Shown: piece by piece, positions 16,177 to 27,300 of the stretch | Layout of the letters: each line of letters begins with the position of its first letter | Position numbering within the stretch: position 1 is the first letter of the stretch | DNA from: an uncultured Pseudomonadota bacterium | GTDB lineage: Bacteria; Pseudomonadota; Gammaproteobacteria; Burkholderiales; SG8-39 | Direction of reading: 5' to 3' | Assembly: GCA_963834845.1 (NCBI GenBank) | Contig: CAWICY010000004.1 | Coordinates: forward strand, 443,954-507,953 | DNA length: 64,000 nucleotides | The notes under the pieces: model-generated | Seen by the model: the letters and a program-made list of their open reading frames with translations, nothing else | Database searches by the model: none | What the model was told of the DNA's origin: nothing | Made by a program: the position numbers and the translations under genes

Positions 16177-17792
16177 CGGGTCTGCGTGTTGTCTGGGTTG
16201 CGTGACGCCGGCAGCCGGCCGTAGCGCCCGGCCAGCTCGGTGAAGGACCGCTCCGATTCTCCGGCATTGAACGCCCCGCCCAGCTCCTCGTCAAGGATGG
16301 CGGCGACGCGCCCGGCAACCGACGCCGCGAGGCGCGCGTCGAGGAACAGCAGCCGCGAGCGGCGCGCGAGCACGTCCTCGACCGTGCGCGCGTACTCGAA
16401 GCGCGCGGCGAAGCGCACCATCGCCTCGGAGAGGCCCGGCGCCAGCTCGCGCCCGGCACCCGGCAGTCCCTGCACCAGGGGCGCCTCGCTGCCGTACAGG
16501 TGCAGGCCCGGCGGCGCGCTGATCGGCCGCTCGCCGCGCGCGGGCGCGCCGACCAGCGCGAGCGACGCGGTGGCACCGGCCGGCCGCAAGGGCAGCAGCC
16601 CGCGCGCCATGCAGGCCGCGAGCACGTCCTCGGCCATCGCGCGATAGGTGGTCCACTTGCCGCCGGTGACCGTCGCCAGCCCCGAGCGCTCCACCAGCAC
16701 GAGGTGCTCGCGCGACAGCGTCTTGGTGTCGCCGGCTGCGGCGTCGGGGGGCCTGACGAGCGGGCGCAGCCCGACCCACACCGAGCGCACGTCGTCGCGC
16801 GTCGGCGCCTTCGCCAAGGTGCGCGCGGCCTCCTCCAGGATGAAGTCGACCTCGTCGCCGAACGGCTCGGGCTCGGCGGCGAGATCGTGGCGCGGGGTGT
16901 CGGTGGTGCCGAGGATCGTGCTACCGAGCCAGGGCACCGCGAACAGCACCCGTCCATCGCGCGTGCGCGGCACCAGCAGCGCATGGTCGCCGGGCAGGAA
17001 CTCGCGCCCGACGACCAGGTGCACGCCCTGGCTCGGTGCCACCAGCTCGCGGCGCGCGGCGCGGTCCATGTTCCGGATCGCGTCGACCCACACGCCGGTC
17101 GCGTTGACCACGCAGCGCGTGCGCAACGCGTATTGCCGGCGCGCTTCGCGCTCCTCGACCACCACCGCCGAGATGCGCTCGCCCTCGTGCTGCAAGCCCA
17201 CCGCCGCGCAGTGGTTGATGACGATCGCGCCGCGCGCGAGCGCGCTGCGCGCCAGCGCGACGGCGAGCCGCGCATCGTCGAACTGTGCGTCCCAGTAGCG
17301 CACCGCACCCACCAGGTCGCGCCCCTGCACGCCCGCGGCGCGCGCGAGCGTCGCCGCGCGATCGAGGAACTCGGTACGGCCGGTGCCGGATTTGCCGGCG
17401 AGGAGGTCGTAGAGCAGCAAGCCGCTGCCGTAGAACCATTTCTCGAGCCAGCGGCCGCGGGCGCCGTACAGCGGCAGCACGAACGGCAGCGGCTGCACCA
17501 GGTGCGGCGCGTTGCGCAGCAGGTTGGCGCGCTCGCGCAGCGCTTCGCGCACCAGGTGGATGTTGCCCTGCGCAAGGTAGCGCACGCCGCCGTGCGCCAG
17601 CTTGGTGGCGCGCGACGAGGTGCCCTTGGCGAAGTCCTCGGCCTCGACCAGCGCGACCGACAGGCCGCGCGCCGCAGCGTCGAGCGCGACCCCGAGCCCG
17701 GTGGCGCCGCCGCCGATCACCACCAGATCGAGCTGCGTCGCGGCCGAAAGCCGGCGCAACAGCTCTTCACGTGCCGCCTGCGGGGCGGTCAT
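16173..17792 (-). CDS. glpD: FAD-dependent glycerol-3-phosphate dehydrogenase
   Basis: 539 aa. LDLVVIGGGATGLGVALDAAARG...GTSSRATKLAHGGVRYL. Confidence 0.9.
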   Translation of the reverse strand: MTAPQAAREELLRRLSAATQLDLVVIGGGATGLGVALDAAARGLSVALVEAEDFAKGTSSRATKLAHGGVRYLAQGNIHLVREALRERANLLRNAPHLVQPLPFVLPLYGARGRWLEKWFYGSGLLLYDLLAGKSGTGRTEFLDRAATLARAAGVQGRDLVGAVRYWDAQFDDARLAVALARSALARGAIVINHCAAVGLQHEGERISAVVVEEREARRQYALRTRCVVNATGVWVDAIRNMDRAARRELVAPSQGVHLVVGREFLPGDHALLVPRTRDGRVLFAVPWLGSTILGTTDTPRHDLAAEPEPFGDEVDFILEEAARTLAKAPTRDDVRSVWVGLRPLVRPPDAAAGDTKTLSREHLVLVERSGLATVTGGKWTTYRAMAEDVLAACMARGLLPLRPAGATASLALVGAPARGERPISAPPGLHLYGSEAPLVQGLPGAGRELAPGLSEAMVRFAARFEYARTVEDVLARRSRLLFLDARLAASVAGRVAAILDEELGGAFNAGESERSFTELAGRYGRLPASRNPDNTQTR

Positions 17793-18451
17793 CGACGCGG
17801 CGCGGTCCTATGCATGGCGTCGAATATTACGTCCAGGCCGAACTCGAAGATCGCGTCGAGGTTGGCGAGGCGAAGGTGCGGCACCACCGCGGCCACGCGC
17901 GGGTAGCGCTTGCCCTTGCTGAAGTGCTCCAGCGACACCGGCGTCGCGTCGGGCTCGGCCGCACGACTGGCGATGTCGGCGAGCCCCGCGCCGCCAACGT
18001 AATAGCCCAGCAGCCTGAAAAAGCGCGCCGCGAGCGGCGGATCGAAGCCCGCGTCGGCGAGCGCCTCGAGGAACTGCTCGTACAGCTCGAAGGTGCGCTC
18101 GGTGTTGAAGCGCCGGTAAGTGAGCAGGATGAAGGCGTGCGGGTGGCGGATCGCGATGCGCCGGTAGGACGCCGTGAAATGCCGGATGCGCTCGAGCGGC
18201 ACCATGGCGCCGCGCTCGGGCAACTCGGCTTCGTCGATCAGACGCTCCATCACCGCGTCGAGCAGCTCGCCCTTGCTGCGGAAGTGGTGGTAGAGCGCCA
18301 TGGCCTCGACGCCGAGCGCCGCGCCGAGCTTTCTCATCGACAGCGTCTCCAGGCCGTCGGCGTCGATCAGCGCAAGCGCTGCCTCGGCGATCGCCTCGCG
18401 TGTCAGCGGCGTCCTTGCTGCACCGCGGCGAACGGACTTGGCGCTTGCCAT
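17789..18451 (-). CDS. TetR/AcrR family transcriptional regulator
   Basis: 220 aa. HTH LSMRKLGAALGVEAMALYHHFRSKGELL. Its stop overlaps the glpD ATG (ATGA). Confidence 0.85.
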   Translation of the reverse strand: MASAKSVRRGAARTPLTREAIAEAALALIDADGLETLSMRKLGAALGVEAMALYHHFRSKGELLDAVMERLIDEAELPERGAMVPLERIRHFTASYRRIAIRHPHAFILLTYRRFNTERTFELYEQFLEALADAGFDPPLAARFFRLLGYYVGGAGLADIASRAAEPDATPVSLEHFSKGKRYPRVAAVVPHLRLANLDAIFEFGLDVIFDAMHRTAPRR

Positions 18452-18458
18452 CGAATAA

Positions 18459-18505
18459 CTTTACAGCGTAAAGACGGTGTTGTAAATTGCCTTTACACTG
18501 TAAGG
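18459..18505. promoter_or_regulatory. two palindromic operator-like sites CTTTAC-N3-GTAAAG (probable TetR operators)
   Basis: CTTTACagcGTAAAG at 18459-18473 (perfect) and CTTTACactGTAAGG at 18491-18505 (5/6). Both lie in the 63-bp gap between the divergent TetR (ATG 18451) and hydroxylase (ATG 18515) genes. Confidence 0.6.
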
Positions 18506-18514
18506 GAGGAGACC

Positions 18515-19300
18515 ATGAACGCAGAAGAGATCGTGACCCTGATGATCCCCACGCCCTATTTGGCGATGCTCGCCGTCGAGCAGCTCGGCACCGGCCGTGC
18601 CTGGCCCAAGATCCGCTTCTGGCGCTCGAAGGGCGTGGCGTTCTTCGTCGTGCTGATGACCATCAACGCCATCCTGCCGTCGCTCATCCCGGAATCGGTC
18701 GCTCGCTACCACCTACTCGACGGCGCGCGCCTCGGCGTCGCCGGCGGCGCGCTCGCCGGCTACGCCGCCGTGTCGCTCGCCAACGCGCTGCTGCACCGCG
18801 CCTACCACCGCTACGACCCGCTGTGGCGCTGGGCGCACCAGCTGCACCACTCGCCGCAGCGGCTCGACATCTCGGGCGGAGTGTACTTCACGCCGCTCGA
18901 GGTGGTGAACAACGTGCTCGTGTTCCAGCTCGTCGTGGTGTTCGTGCTCGGCCTCGATCCGGTGGCGGCCGCCGTCACCGGCTACATCGCGGTGTTCTAC
19001 GGCCTGTTCCAGCACTTCAACATCCGCACGCCGCGCTGGCTCGGGTACCTGATCCAGCGCCCCGAGTCGCACAGCGTGCACCACCGCCGCGGCTTTCACG
19101 CCTACAACTACTCCGACCTGCCGCTCTGGGACCTGCTGTGGGGCACTTTCAGGAACCCGAAGGAGTTCCATGGCGAGGTGGGCTTCGAGCGCGAGCCTTC
19201 GCTCAGGATGGGTGCCATGCTCGTCGGCCGCGACGCCAACGCCGCACTCTACGGCGCGGCGAGCCGCGGCCGCAGCGACCCGGCCAGCAACCCCGCATGA
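18515..19300 (+). CDS. fatty acid hydroxylase / sterol desaturase family membrane protein
   Basis: In frame with track ORF 17285..19300. AGGGAGGAG precedes the ATG. Histidine boxes HRAYH, HQLHH and HSVHH. Confidence 0.8.
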   Translation: MNAEEIVTLMIPTPYLAMLAVEQLGTGRAWPKIRFWRSKGVAFFVVLMTINAILPSLIPESVARYHLLDGARLGVAGGALAGYAAVSLANALLHRAYHRYDPLWRWAHQLHHSPQRLDISGGVYFTPLEVVNNVLVFQLVVVFVLGLDPVAAAVTGYIAVFYGLFQHFNIRTPRWLGYLIQRPESHSVHHRRGFHAYNYSDLPLWDLLWGTFRNPKEFHGEVGFEREPSLRMGAMLVGRDANAALYGAASRGRSDPASNPA

Positions 19301-20118
19301 GCGTGGACGAGATCCGCGCCGCCGACGCCATCGAAGCGGCGGCGTTCCGCGACATGTACGCCGCGGCGCCGCCCGCGCTCCGGGCGCAATTGGGGTTCGA
19401 TGTTCAGGAGATCGCCGGCGCGACGCTGCTCGTCGCGCGCGGCGCGCCCGAGCCGTTCTTCAACCGCGTCATCGGCCTGGGCGTCACGCAGCCGGACTCC
19501 GAGGCGGCGCTCGACGCCGTGATCGCCGCCTATCGCGCGGCGGGCGTGAAGAGCTGGTGGATCCACCTCACGCCCGGCGCCGAGCCCGCCGCGCTCGCGT
19601 CCTGGCTCGCGCGGCGCGGCTTCGTGCTCGCCAAGCGCCGGGCCTGGGCCAAGGTGCTGCGCGGCACGGAAGCCCCGCCCGAGGTCGCGACGCCGCTCGA
19701 GGTGCGCGCGGCGCGCGCGGGCGAGGAGCACGCGCTCGCCGACTCGATCGCCGCCGCGTTCGGCATGCCGGCCGCGTTTGCGCCGTGGTTCGCCGCGCTC
19801 GCCTTTCGGCAGCACTGGCGCGCCTACGTCGCGCTCGATGCCGGCCGCGTGGTCGGCGGCGGGCTGCTTTACCTGGACGGGACGGACGCCTGGCTCGGCG
19901 CCGGCGCCGTGCGCGCCGAGCAGCGCGGCCGCCACGCGCACCGGGCGCTCATGGCGCTCCGCATCCGCGAGGCACTCGCCGCCGGCTGCGCGCGCATCTT
20001 CACCGAGACCGGCGAGCCGGTCGGCGACGAGCCCAACCCGTCGCTCGCCAACATGCAGTGGTGCGGCTTCCGGCGCGTGTGCTCGCGGTTGAACTACGCG
20101 GCGCCCGCTGCGTTCTAG
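19297..20118 (+). CDS. GNAT family N-acetyltransferase
   Basis: In frame with track ORF 18487..20118. ATGA overlap with the hydroxylase stop. RAEQRGRHAHRALMALRIREALAAGCARIFTET is a GNAT motif A-like core. Confidence 0.7.
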   Translation: MSVDEIRAADAIEAAAFRDMYAAAPPALRAQLGFDVQEIAGATLLVARGAPEPFFNRVIGLGVTQPDSEAALDAVIAAYRAAGVKSWWIHLTPGAEPAALASWLARRGFVLAKRRAWAKVLRGTEAPPEVATPLEVRAARAGEEHALADSIAAAFGMPAAFAPWFAALAFRQHWRAYVALDAGRVVGGGLLYLDGTDAWLGAGAVRAEQRGRHAHRALMALRIREALAAGCARIFTETGEPVGDEPNPSLANMQWCGFRRVCSRLNYAAPAAF

Positions 20119-22147
20119 GACCAGAGCCCGCGCAGCCTGGCGGCGACGTCGATGCGCGCCGTGTCCTCGACGCGCGGCGCTGCCGCAGCGTCCGCCTCGG
20201 GCCAGGTGCGCGGCGCGAGCCGCTGCAGTACGGCGCGCGTCAGGAAGCGGCTCTTGGCGCCGTAGACGTGCGCGTCGCCCTTGCGCGCCTGCTGGGTGAC
20301 GTAATAGCGCAGCGGCGCGATGAGGTGCAGGTCGGTCTTGGCGCGCGTCATGGCGACGTACAGCAGCCGCCGCTCCTCCTCGACCAGCTCGGCACGGCCG
20401 GTGGCGTACTCCGAGGGGAAGTTGCCGTCGGCGACGTTCAGCAGGTACACCGACTCCCACTCCTGGCCCTTCGCCGAGTGGATGGTCGAGAGCACCAGGT
20501 AGTCCTCGTCCAGGTGCGGCGCGCCCGCGAGGTCGCCGGTGGCGCGCGGCGGATCGAGTGCCAGCTCGCTCAAGAAACGCTCGCGCGTGGCGAACTGCTG
20601 CGCGATGCGCTCGAGCTGCATGAGGTCGCCGGCGCGCGCCTGCGCGGCTTCGTACAGGCGCTCGAGCATCGGCTCGAACCACTCGCGCACGCGGCCCACT
20701 TGCCCTTCCCAGCGGCCCTCGGGATTGCCGAGATCGGCCATCAGGCGGTCGAATTCCGAAACATTCGTCTGCAGGGCCCGCCACGAGAACGCTTCGGCTT
20801 CGAAGCGCGTGAAGCAACGCGCCGCGGTGGCGGGCCCGACGCCCGGCAGCAGCTGCAGCGCGCGGAACGCCGCGATGCGGTTCTTCGGGTTGTCCGCCCA
20901 GCGCAGCACCGCGAGCATGTCCTTGACGTGCGCCGCTTCGAGGAATTTCAGGCCGCCGTACTTGACGTAGGGAATGTTGCGGCGTACGAGCTCGAGCTCG
21001 AGCACGTCGCTGTGATGCGAGCGAGCGGAACAGCACCGCCTGGCGCTTGAGCGGCACGCCGCGCTCGCGCGTCTCGAGCACCTGCGCGACCACGTAATCG
21101 GCCTGGCTCTGGTCGTCGGCCACGGTGACGTAGCGCGGGCGCTCGCCCGCGCCGCGCGCGGCGCGCAGCGTCTTGCGGTACTGGCGCTCGCCCTCGGCGA
21201 TCAGCGCGTTGGCCGCATCGAGCACCGCCTTGCGTCGAGCGGTAGTTCTGCTCGAGCGTCACCACCGTCGCGGGCGGCGCGTACTGCGCCGGAAAGCCGA
21301 GGATGTTCTCCACCGTCGCGGCGCGGAACGAGTAGATCGACTGCGCGTCGTCGCCCACGACGGTGACGCCCGCGCCCGAGGGGCGCAGCGCCTTCAGGAT
21401 CTCGGCCTGCAGCACGTTGGTGTCCTGGTACTCGTCGACCAGGATCTGGTCGAACGCGCCGCCGATCTGCGGCGGCAAGCATCGGGTCGGACATCATCGC
21501 GTGCCAGTAGAGCAGCAGGTCGTCGTAGTCGAGCGCCTGGTTGGCGAGCTTCTTGCTCGACGTAGGCGCGGAACAGGCGCGCGAGCTCCTGCTCCCATTC
21601 GGCGCACCAGGGGAACACGTCGGCGAGCGTCGCGTGCAGCGCGCGCTGCGTGTTGACGCGGTGCGAGTAGATCGCGAGGCAGGTGTCCTTGCGCGGGAAG
21701 CGCTTGTCGAGCCTCGACAGGCCCAGCTCGTGGCGCACCACGTCCATCAGGTCGGCGGCATCGCCGCGGTCGAGCACGCTGAAATTCGCCTCCAGGCCGA
21801 CGCGTCGCGCAGTGGCGCCGGATCAGCCGGTTGGCGATCGAGTGGAAAGTGCCCGACCACGGCAGCTTCACCTCGTGCGCGGCGGCGCCGACGATCTTCT
21901 GCGCGCGGCGCGTCATCTCCTGCGCCGCGCGGCGCGTGAAGGTGAGAAGGAGGATGCGCTCCGGGCTCACGCCCTCGAGCACCAGGTGCGCGACGCGGTG
22001 CGCGAGGGTATTGGTCTTGCCGGTGCCCGCGCCGGCGACGATCAGCAGCGGCGCGGCGCGGAACGCGCCGTCGGCGCCGCGCTCGCCGAAGCGCGCCGCC
22101 GCGCGCTGCGCGTCGTTCAGCCGCTCGAAAACCGTGGTCGCCGTCAC
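20115..22147 (-). pseudogene. UvrD/Rep-family SF1 DNA helicase, reading frame broken 5 times (pseudogene or local assembly error)
   Basis: Helicase motifs are spread over five track ORFs in three frames. AGAGTGKTNTL and SGTFHS are in 21494..22933. DEYQDTN and NYRST are in 20948..21478. LSTIHSAKGQEW and YVAMTRAK are in 20115..21005. Frame changes fall near 21800, 21556, 21478, 21230 and 21020. Confidence 0.85.
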
Positions 22148-22168
22148 GACGCGAACTATAGGCGATAG

Positions 22169-22184
22169 CTGTATATCTATCCAG
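22169..22184. promoter_or_regulatory. LexA (SOS) box-like CTGTATATCTATCCAG
   Basis: Fits CTG-N10-CAG with an AT-rich core. Lies 22 nt upstream of the helicase GTG at 22147. One mismatch to CTGT-N8-ACAG. Confidence 0.5.
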
Positions 22185-22215
22185 CCCGGCAAGCCGCCGG
22201 CGCACTGCGGCGGCT

Positions 22216-23909
<1,694 letters not shown>

Positions 23910-23913
<4 letters not shown>

Positions 23914-24455
23914 AGCGCCACCTTCACGGCCTCGCGCTCGTCGGTCTCGAAAAACGGCATCGGGCCGAAAGCGAACGCTTTCGCCACGAACAGGTCGGGA
24001 AACGACTCGATGCGCGTCATGTACTGCTTGACCGCGCCGTTGTAGAAGCGCCGTGCGTATTGCAGCGCATCCTCGACTTCGACCAGCTTCTGCGACAGGT
24101 CGCGGAAGTTCGCGTCGGCCTTGAGCTCCGGGTAGCTCTCCTGCAGGAGCACGAGCTGCTGCATGCGCTCGCCGAGCTTGCGCTCGAGCTCGAAGCGCGC
24201 GCCCGGCTTGTCGGTGCGCAGCGCGCTCGCGCGCAGCTCGGTCACCGAGGTGAGCAGCGCCCGCTCGTAGGCGGCGTAGCCGCGCACCGCCTCGACCAGC
24301 TGCGGCACCAGGTCCGCGCGCCGCTTGAGCTGCACGTCGATGTCGGCGAATCCCTGGCGCACCTGGTTTCGATCCGCGATCAGCCTGTTGTACAGCCAGA
24401 CGACGGCCGCGACCAGCGCGGCCGCCGCCGCGGCCAGCCACATTCCCCCCGCCAT
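23910..24455 (-). CDS. lemA: LemA family protein
   Basis: 181 aa. N-terminal TM, then YNRLI..RN.V...FADIDVQLKRRADLVPQLV...RFYNGAV..YMTRIESFPDLFVA. Confidence 0.85.
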
Positions 24456-24465
24456 GCCCCTCCCT

Positions 24466-25221
24466 TCAGCCCTTGCGCGCCATCTCCCGGTAGAAGACGC
24501 GGATGCGCTTCGCGTTCATGCCCAGGTCGCTCCCGCCCACGCGCGAAGCGGAGCGGATGTCGACGCGGCTCGCCCCCTCGAGCGGCGTGACGCGGATCAC
24601 GATGTCGTCCTTGAAGCCGAAGAAACGCGTCGTGTCGGTCGCCTCGATGCGCAGCGCCTTCGGATCGGCGAGCACGACGTGCCAGCCGAGCGCGCGCGCG
24701 GCCTGCAGGCAGCGCTGGTACGCCGCCGGCGGGTGCGCACCGACCGCGAGCGGCAGGATGTCGGGGTAGGCCTCGCGCTGCGCCTCGGCCACCGCGCCGC
24801 CGGCATAGTCGGCGCCGTTCGGCGAGGCGCGCCGTACCGCGGCGAGCGCGACGAAATCCGGGGGATGCCCCATATCGGTGGTGATGTCGTGGATCGGCGG
24901 CACGCTGTGTGCGGCGCGCTGCATTGTCCAAGGCACGCCGAAGCTGACCGTGCCCGCCAGCACGCCGACCAGCAGCGCGGCGAGCGCGCGGCGCTGGTTT
25001 GCGCGCCAGGCGAGCACCGCTGCCGCGAGGCACAGCAGCGCGCCAGCGGCGCCGGTCCACGCCGCCACGCGCAGCAGGGAAAACGTGAAGCGGTAATCCC
25101 ACAGGCCGAAGCGGTTGCCCAGGCCCGAGGCGAGCATCGCCGCCGCGCCGAGCAAGGCGACGCCGAACGCCAGCCAGACGGCGGCGCGGGCGCTGCGGGG
25201 GTTGTTTTTCAGGTCCAGCAT
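24466..25221 (-). CDS. DUF1499 domain-containing protein
   Basis: Track ORF 24466..25239 (GTG) trimmed to the ATG at 25221. Three TM segments, then FKDDIVIRV...VDIRSASRVGGSDLGMNAKRIR, the DUF1499 core. Confidence 0.75.
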   Translation of the reverse strand: MLDLKNNPRSARAAVWLAFGVALLGAAAMLASGLGNRFGLWDYRFTFSLLRVAAWTGAAGALLCLAAAVLAWRANQRRALAALLVGVLAGTVSFGVPWTMQRAAHSVPPIHDITTDMGHPPDFVALAAVRRASPNGADYAGGAVAEAQREAYPDILPLAVGAHPPAAYQRCLQAARALGWHVVLADPKALRIEATDTTRFFGFKDDIVIRVTPLEGASRVDIRSASRVGGSDLGMNAKRIRVFYREMARKG

Positions 25222-25360
25222 CGGCAAATGATGGACCACTTTACACCGCTACGGTTCTCGAATCAGTCGCCGGCGTGCCGCCGCCGGCGTCGACGGGCCC
25301 GGGCCGCCGCCACCGGGGAAGGTAGGGAACGACGGACCCGGGCCGCCGCCGCGGCCGGAA

Positions 25361-25387
25361 GGCGCCGGGAGCTCGACTCCCGGCGCC
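25361..25387. terminator. perfect 11-bp GC-rich hairpin (GGCGCCGGGAG ctcga CTCCCGGCGCC) in a 270-bp intergenic region
   Basis: Lies 105 nt downstream of the GGDEF stop (25492, - strand). There is no U-tract, so its terminator function is uncertain. Confidence 0.35.
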
Positions 25388-25491
25388 GTAAACAGTAGGA
25401 ACTCATTAGAGCGGAAATCGCCTGCGCGGCGACAGCGAAAGCTGGCGCGCGCCGTGATGCGGGTCACGCCGCTGACAGTTTCTTACGGCGC

Positions 25492-26724
25492 TTAGCGGCT
25501 GACGCGGTTTCTGCCGCCGCGCTTGGCGCGATATAGCGCCTCGTCGGCCGCCTTGATCACGTCGGCGGGCGTCGCCGGGCGCTTGCCGGGCCCGGCGACG
25601 CCGATCGACACGGTCACTGACACGCTTTCGTCGGCGCGCTTCGCGCCGCGCCGCTTGCTGCCCTTCTTGTCGCTCTTCGGGCGATCTTCCTCGCGCAGCG
25701 CCATGCGGTAGTGCTCGATCGCGTCGCGCACCGCCTCCAGGTGCGGCAGCGCGTGCCCGACAGATGCGTCGGGAAACAATACCGTGAACTCCTCGCCGCC
25801 GTAGCGGAACGCGCGCCCGCCGCCTTCGACCGTCGCGAGGCGCGCCGCGACCAGCCGGAGCACCTGGTCGCCGACGTCGTGGCCGTAGGTGTCGTTGAAC
25901 TTCTTGAAATGATCGACGTCGACCATGGCGATGGCGTAGTCGGGGCCGAGCGCGCGCAGCCGCTCCTCGAGCGCGCGCCGGCCGGCAAGCCCGGTGAGCT
26001 CGTCGTGGAACGCCATGCGGTGCGACTCCTGCAGCACCGCGATCAGCAGGATCGCCCCCGCAGCCGCCATGAAGGTCCCGAACGCCGCCTCGGCGCCTTC
26101 GCGCCAGCAGGCGACGAGGAACGCCACCAGCACGCCCGCCTTGCCGATGTCGAGCGGCGAATGGCGCGGCCATGCGCGCCAGGCGGCGGCGGCGAACGCG
26201 AGCGCGAACATGATGCGCGCCGCGAACGGCGCCGGCGGCGACTTGAACACCCAGTGCTCGAGCAGGCTCTCCCAGGCGGTGCCCGAGAATTCGCTGCGCC
26301 CGGCGCTCGCCACCCAGGCCACCAGCAGCACCTCCGCCGCGACCAGCAGCAGCCAGCGCCAGCTGCCGTGGTGCACCACGCCGCGTTCCGGCAGCGCCAG
26401 CGCGAGGAACATGTTGAACGGCACCAGCAGCGCGAGCGCCGTGTACGAGGCGCGCGCCGGAAAGCTCATCGGTCCCAGCGCGAGCGCGTAGCGGTAGCCC
26501 GCATAGGCCGCAAGCAGTGACACCGCGGCGACGAACGCGCGCCCGCGGTTGAACCACAGCGTCACCACCGCCGCGAGCGTCAGCACCGCGTAGGGGCCGA
26601 ACTCGGTGAGGCCTGCGAGCGAAGGCGGCAGCGCCGGACCGATCCCGAGCGCCAGCGCCGCGAGCAGCAGGATCGCGAGCGGCATGGCGATGAGCCGCAG
26701 CGCGAACGCGATCTGTGGGGCCAT
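25492..26724 (-). CDS. membrane-bound diguanylate cyclase (GGDEF)
   Basis: 410 aa. Multi-TM N-terminal domain. HDELTGLAGRRAL...DVDHFKKFNDTYGH..GD...RYGGEEF. Confidence 0.9.
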   Translation of the reverse strand: MAPQIAFALRLIAMPLAILLLAALALGIGPALPPSLAGLTEFGPYAVLTLAAVVTLWFNRGRAFVAAVSLLAAYAGYRYALALGPMSFPARASYTALALLVPFNMFLALALPERGVVHHGSWRWLLLVAAEVLLVAWVASAGRSEFSGTAWESLLEHWVFKSPPAPFAARIMFALAFAAAAWRAWPRHSPLDIGKAGVLVAFLVACWREGAEAAFGTFMAAAGAILLIAVLQESHRMAFHDELTGLAGRRALEERLRALGPDYAIAMVDVDHFKKFNDTYGHDVGDQVLRLVAARLATVEGGGRAFRYGGEEFTVLFPDASVGHALPHLEAVRDAIEHYRMALREEDRPKSDKKGSKRRGAKRADESVSVTVSIGVAGPGKRPATPADVIKAADEALYRAKRGGRNRVSR

Positions 26725-26733
26725 CGCCGAAGC

Positions 26734-27300
26734 TTACGCCCGGTGCCGCGACTCTCCGGTCGCGACCCCGCCGGCGACGAGGTGCGCGACGCGCAGCGGC
26801 TCGGGCAGCAGGCCGTTCAGGGCGTAGCGGCGGATGAGCGCCTCGCACTCCGCGAGCGACAGCCCGGCGCGCTGCACCCACAGCCCGGCGACCGGCTCCA
26901 TGGGCCCCGCGCGCTCGACCAGGCGCCACTTGCGCGCCCCGCCAGGGACATGGGCGAGGAGCGCGCTGCGGATCTTCGCGAGGTCTGGCTTCCTGCGCGC
27001 CACCACCAGCACCGGCAGCCCGAGCGCGGCGTGCAGCGCGGCAGTATCGACCACGTTGAAGCCGGCGAAGGCGATGCCTTGCAGCAACACCGCGTGCAGC
27101 TGCGGGCGAAAGCGCGAGCGCCGCACGCACTCGCCGATGACGCGCGTGGCGTTGGCGCCGTCGCGGCGCACGCGCGCGGCGAGCACGCCCTCGAGCCGCG
27201 CGCCGGCATACACCACGCCCACCAGCGTCACGTCGCCGCGATGGGCGCGCGCGAAGGGCGCGTCGTCGAAGCCGACGACGTGCGCGAAGCGCCGCGTCAC
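26734..27300 (-). CDS. DUF99/UPF0215 family protein
   Basis: In frame with track ORF 26734..28254. GTG start is preceded by GGAGGAGG and overlaps the MFS stop (GTGA). Sequence HVVGFDDAPF...LVGVVYAG..LEGV...DG.NAT. Confidence 0.7.
   Translation of the reverse strand: MTRRFAHVVGFDDAPFARAHRGDVTLVGVVYAGARLEGVLAARVRRDGANATRVIGECVRRSRFRPQLHAVLLQGIAFAGFNVVDTAALHAALGLPVLVVARRKPDLAKIRSALLAHVPGGARKWRLVERAGPMEPVAGLWVQRAGLSLAECEALIRRYALNGLLPEPLRVAHLVAGGVATGESRHRA

Noticed and set aside
16112-19300. ORFs 16112..17575 (-), 16500..17906 (+) and 17285..19300 (+, 671 aa)
   Set aside because: They are alternative frames over glpD and the TetR gene. Only the last 261 codons of 17285..19300, after an AGGGAGGAG-ATG, look like a real (hydroxylase) protein.
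25249-25467. 72-aa Gly/Pro-rich ORF with repeated GGGPGPS
   Set aside because: It has no SD, no signal peptide and a GTG start in a GC-rich spacer. The peptide repeat simply mirrors the 21-nt DNA direct repeat. I kept it as a non-coding repeat observation instead.
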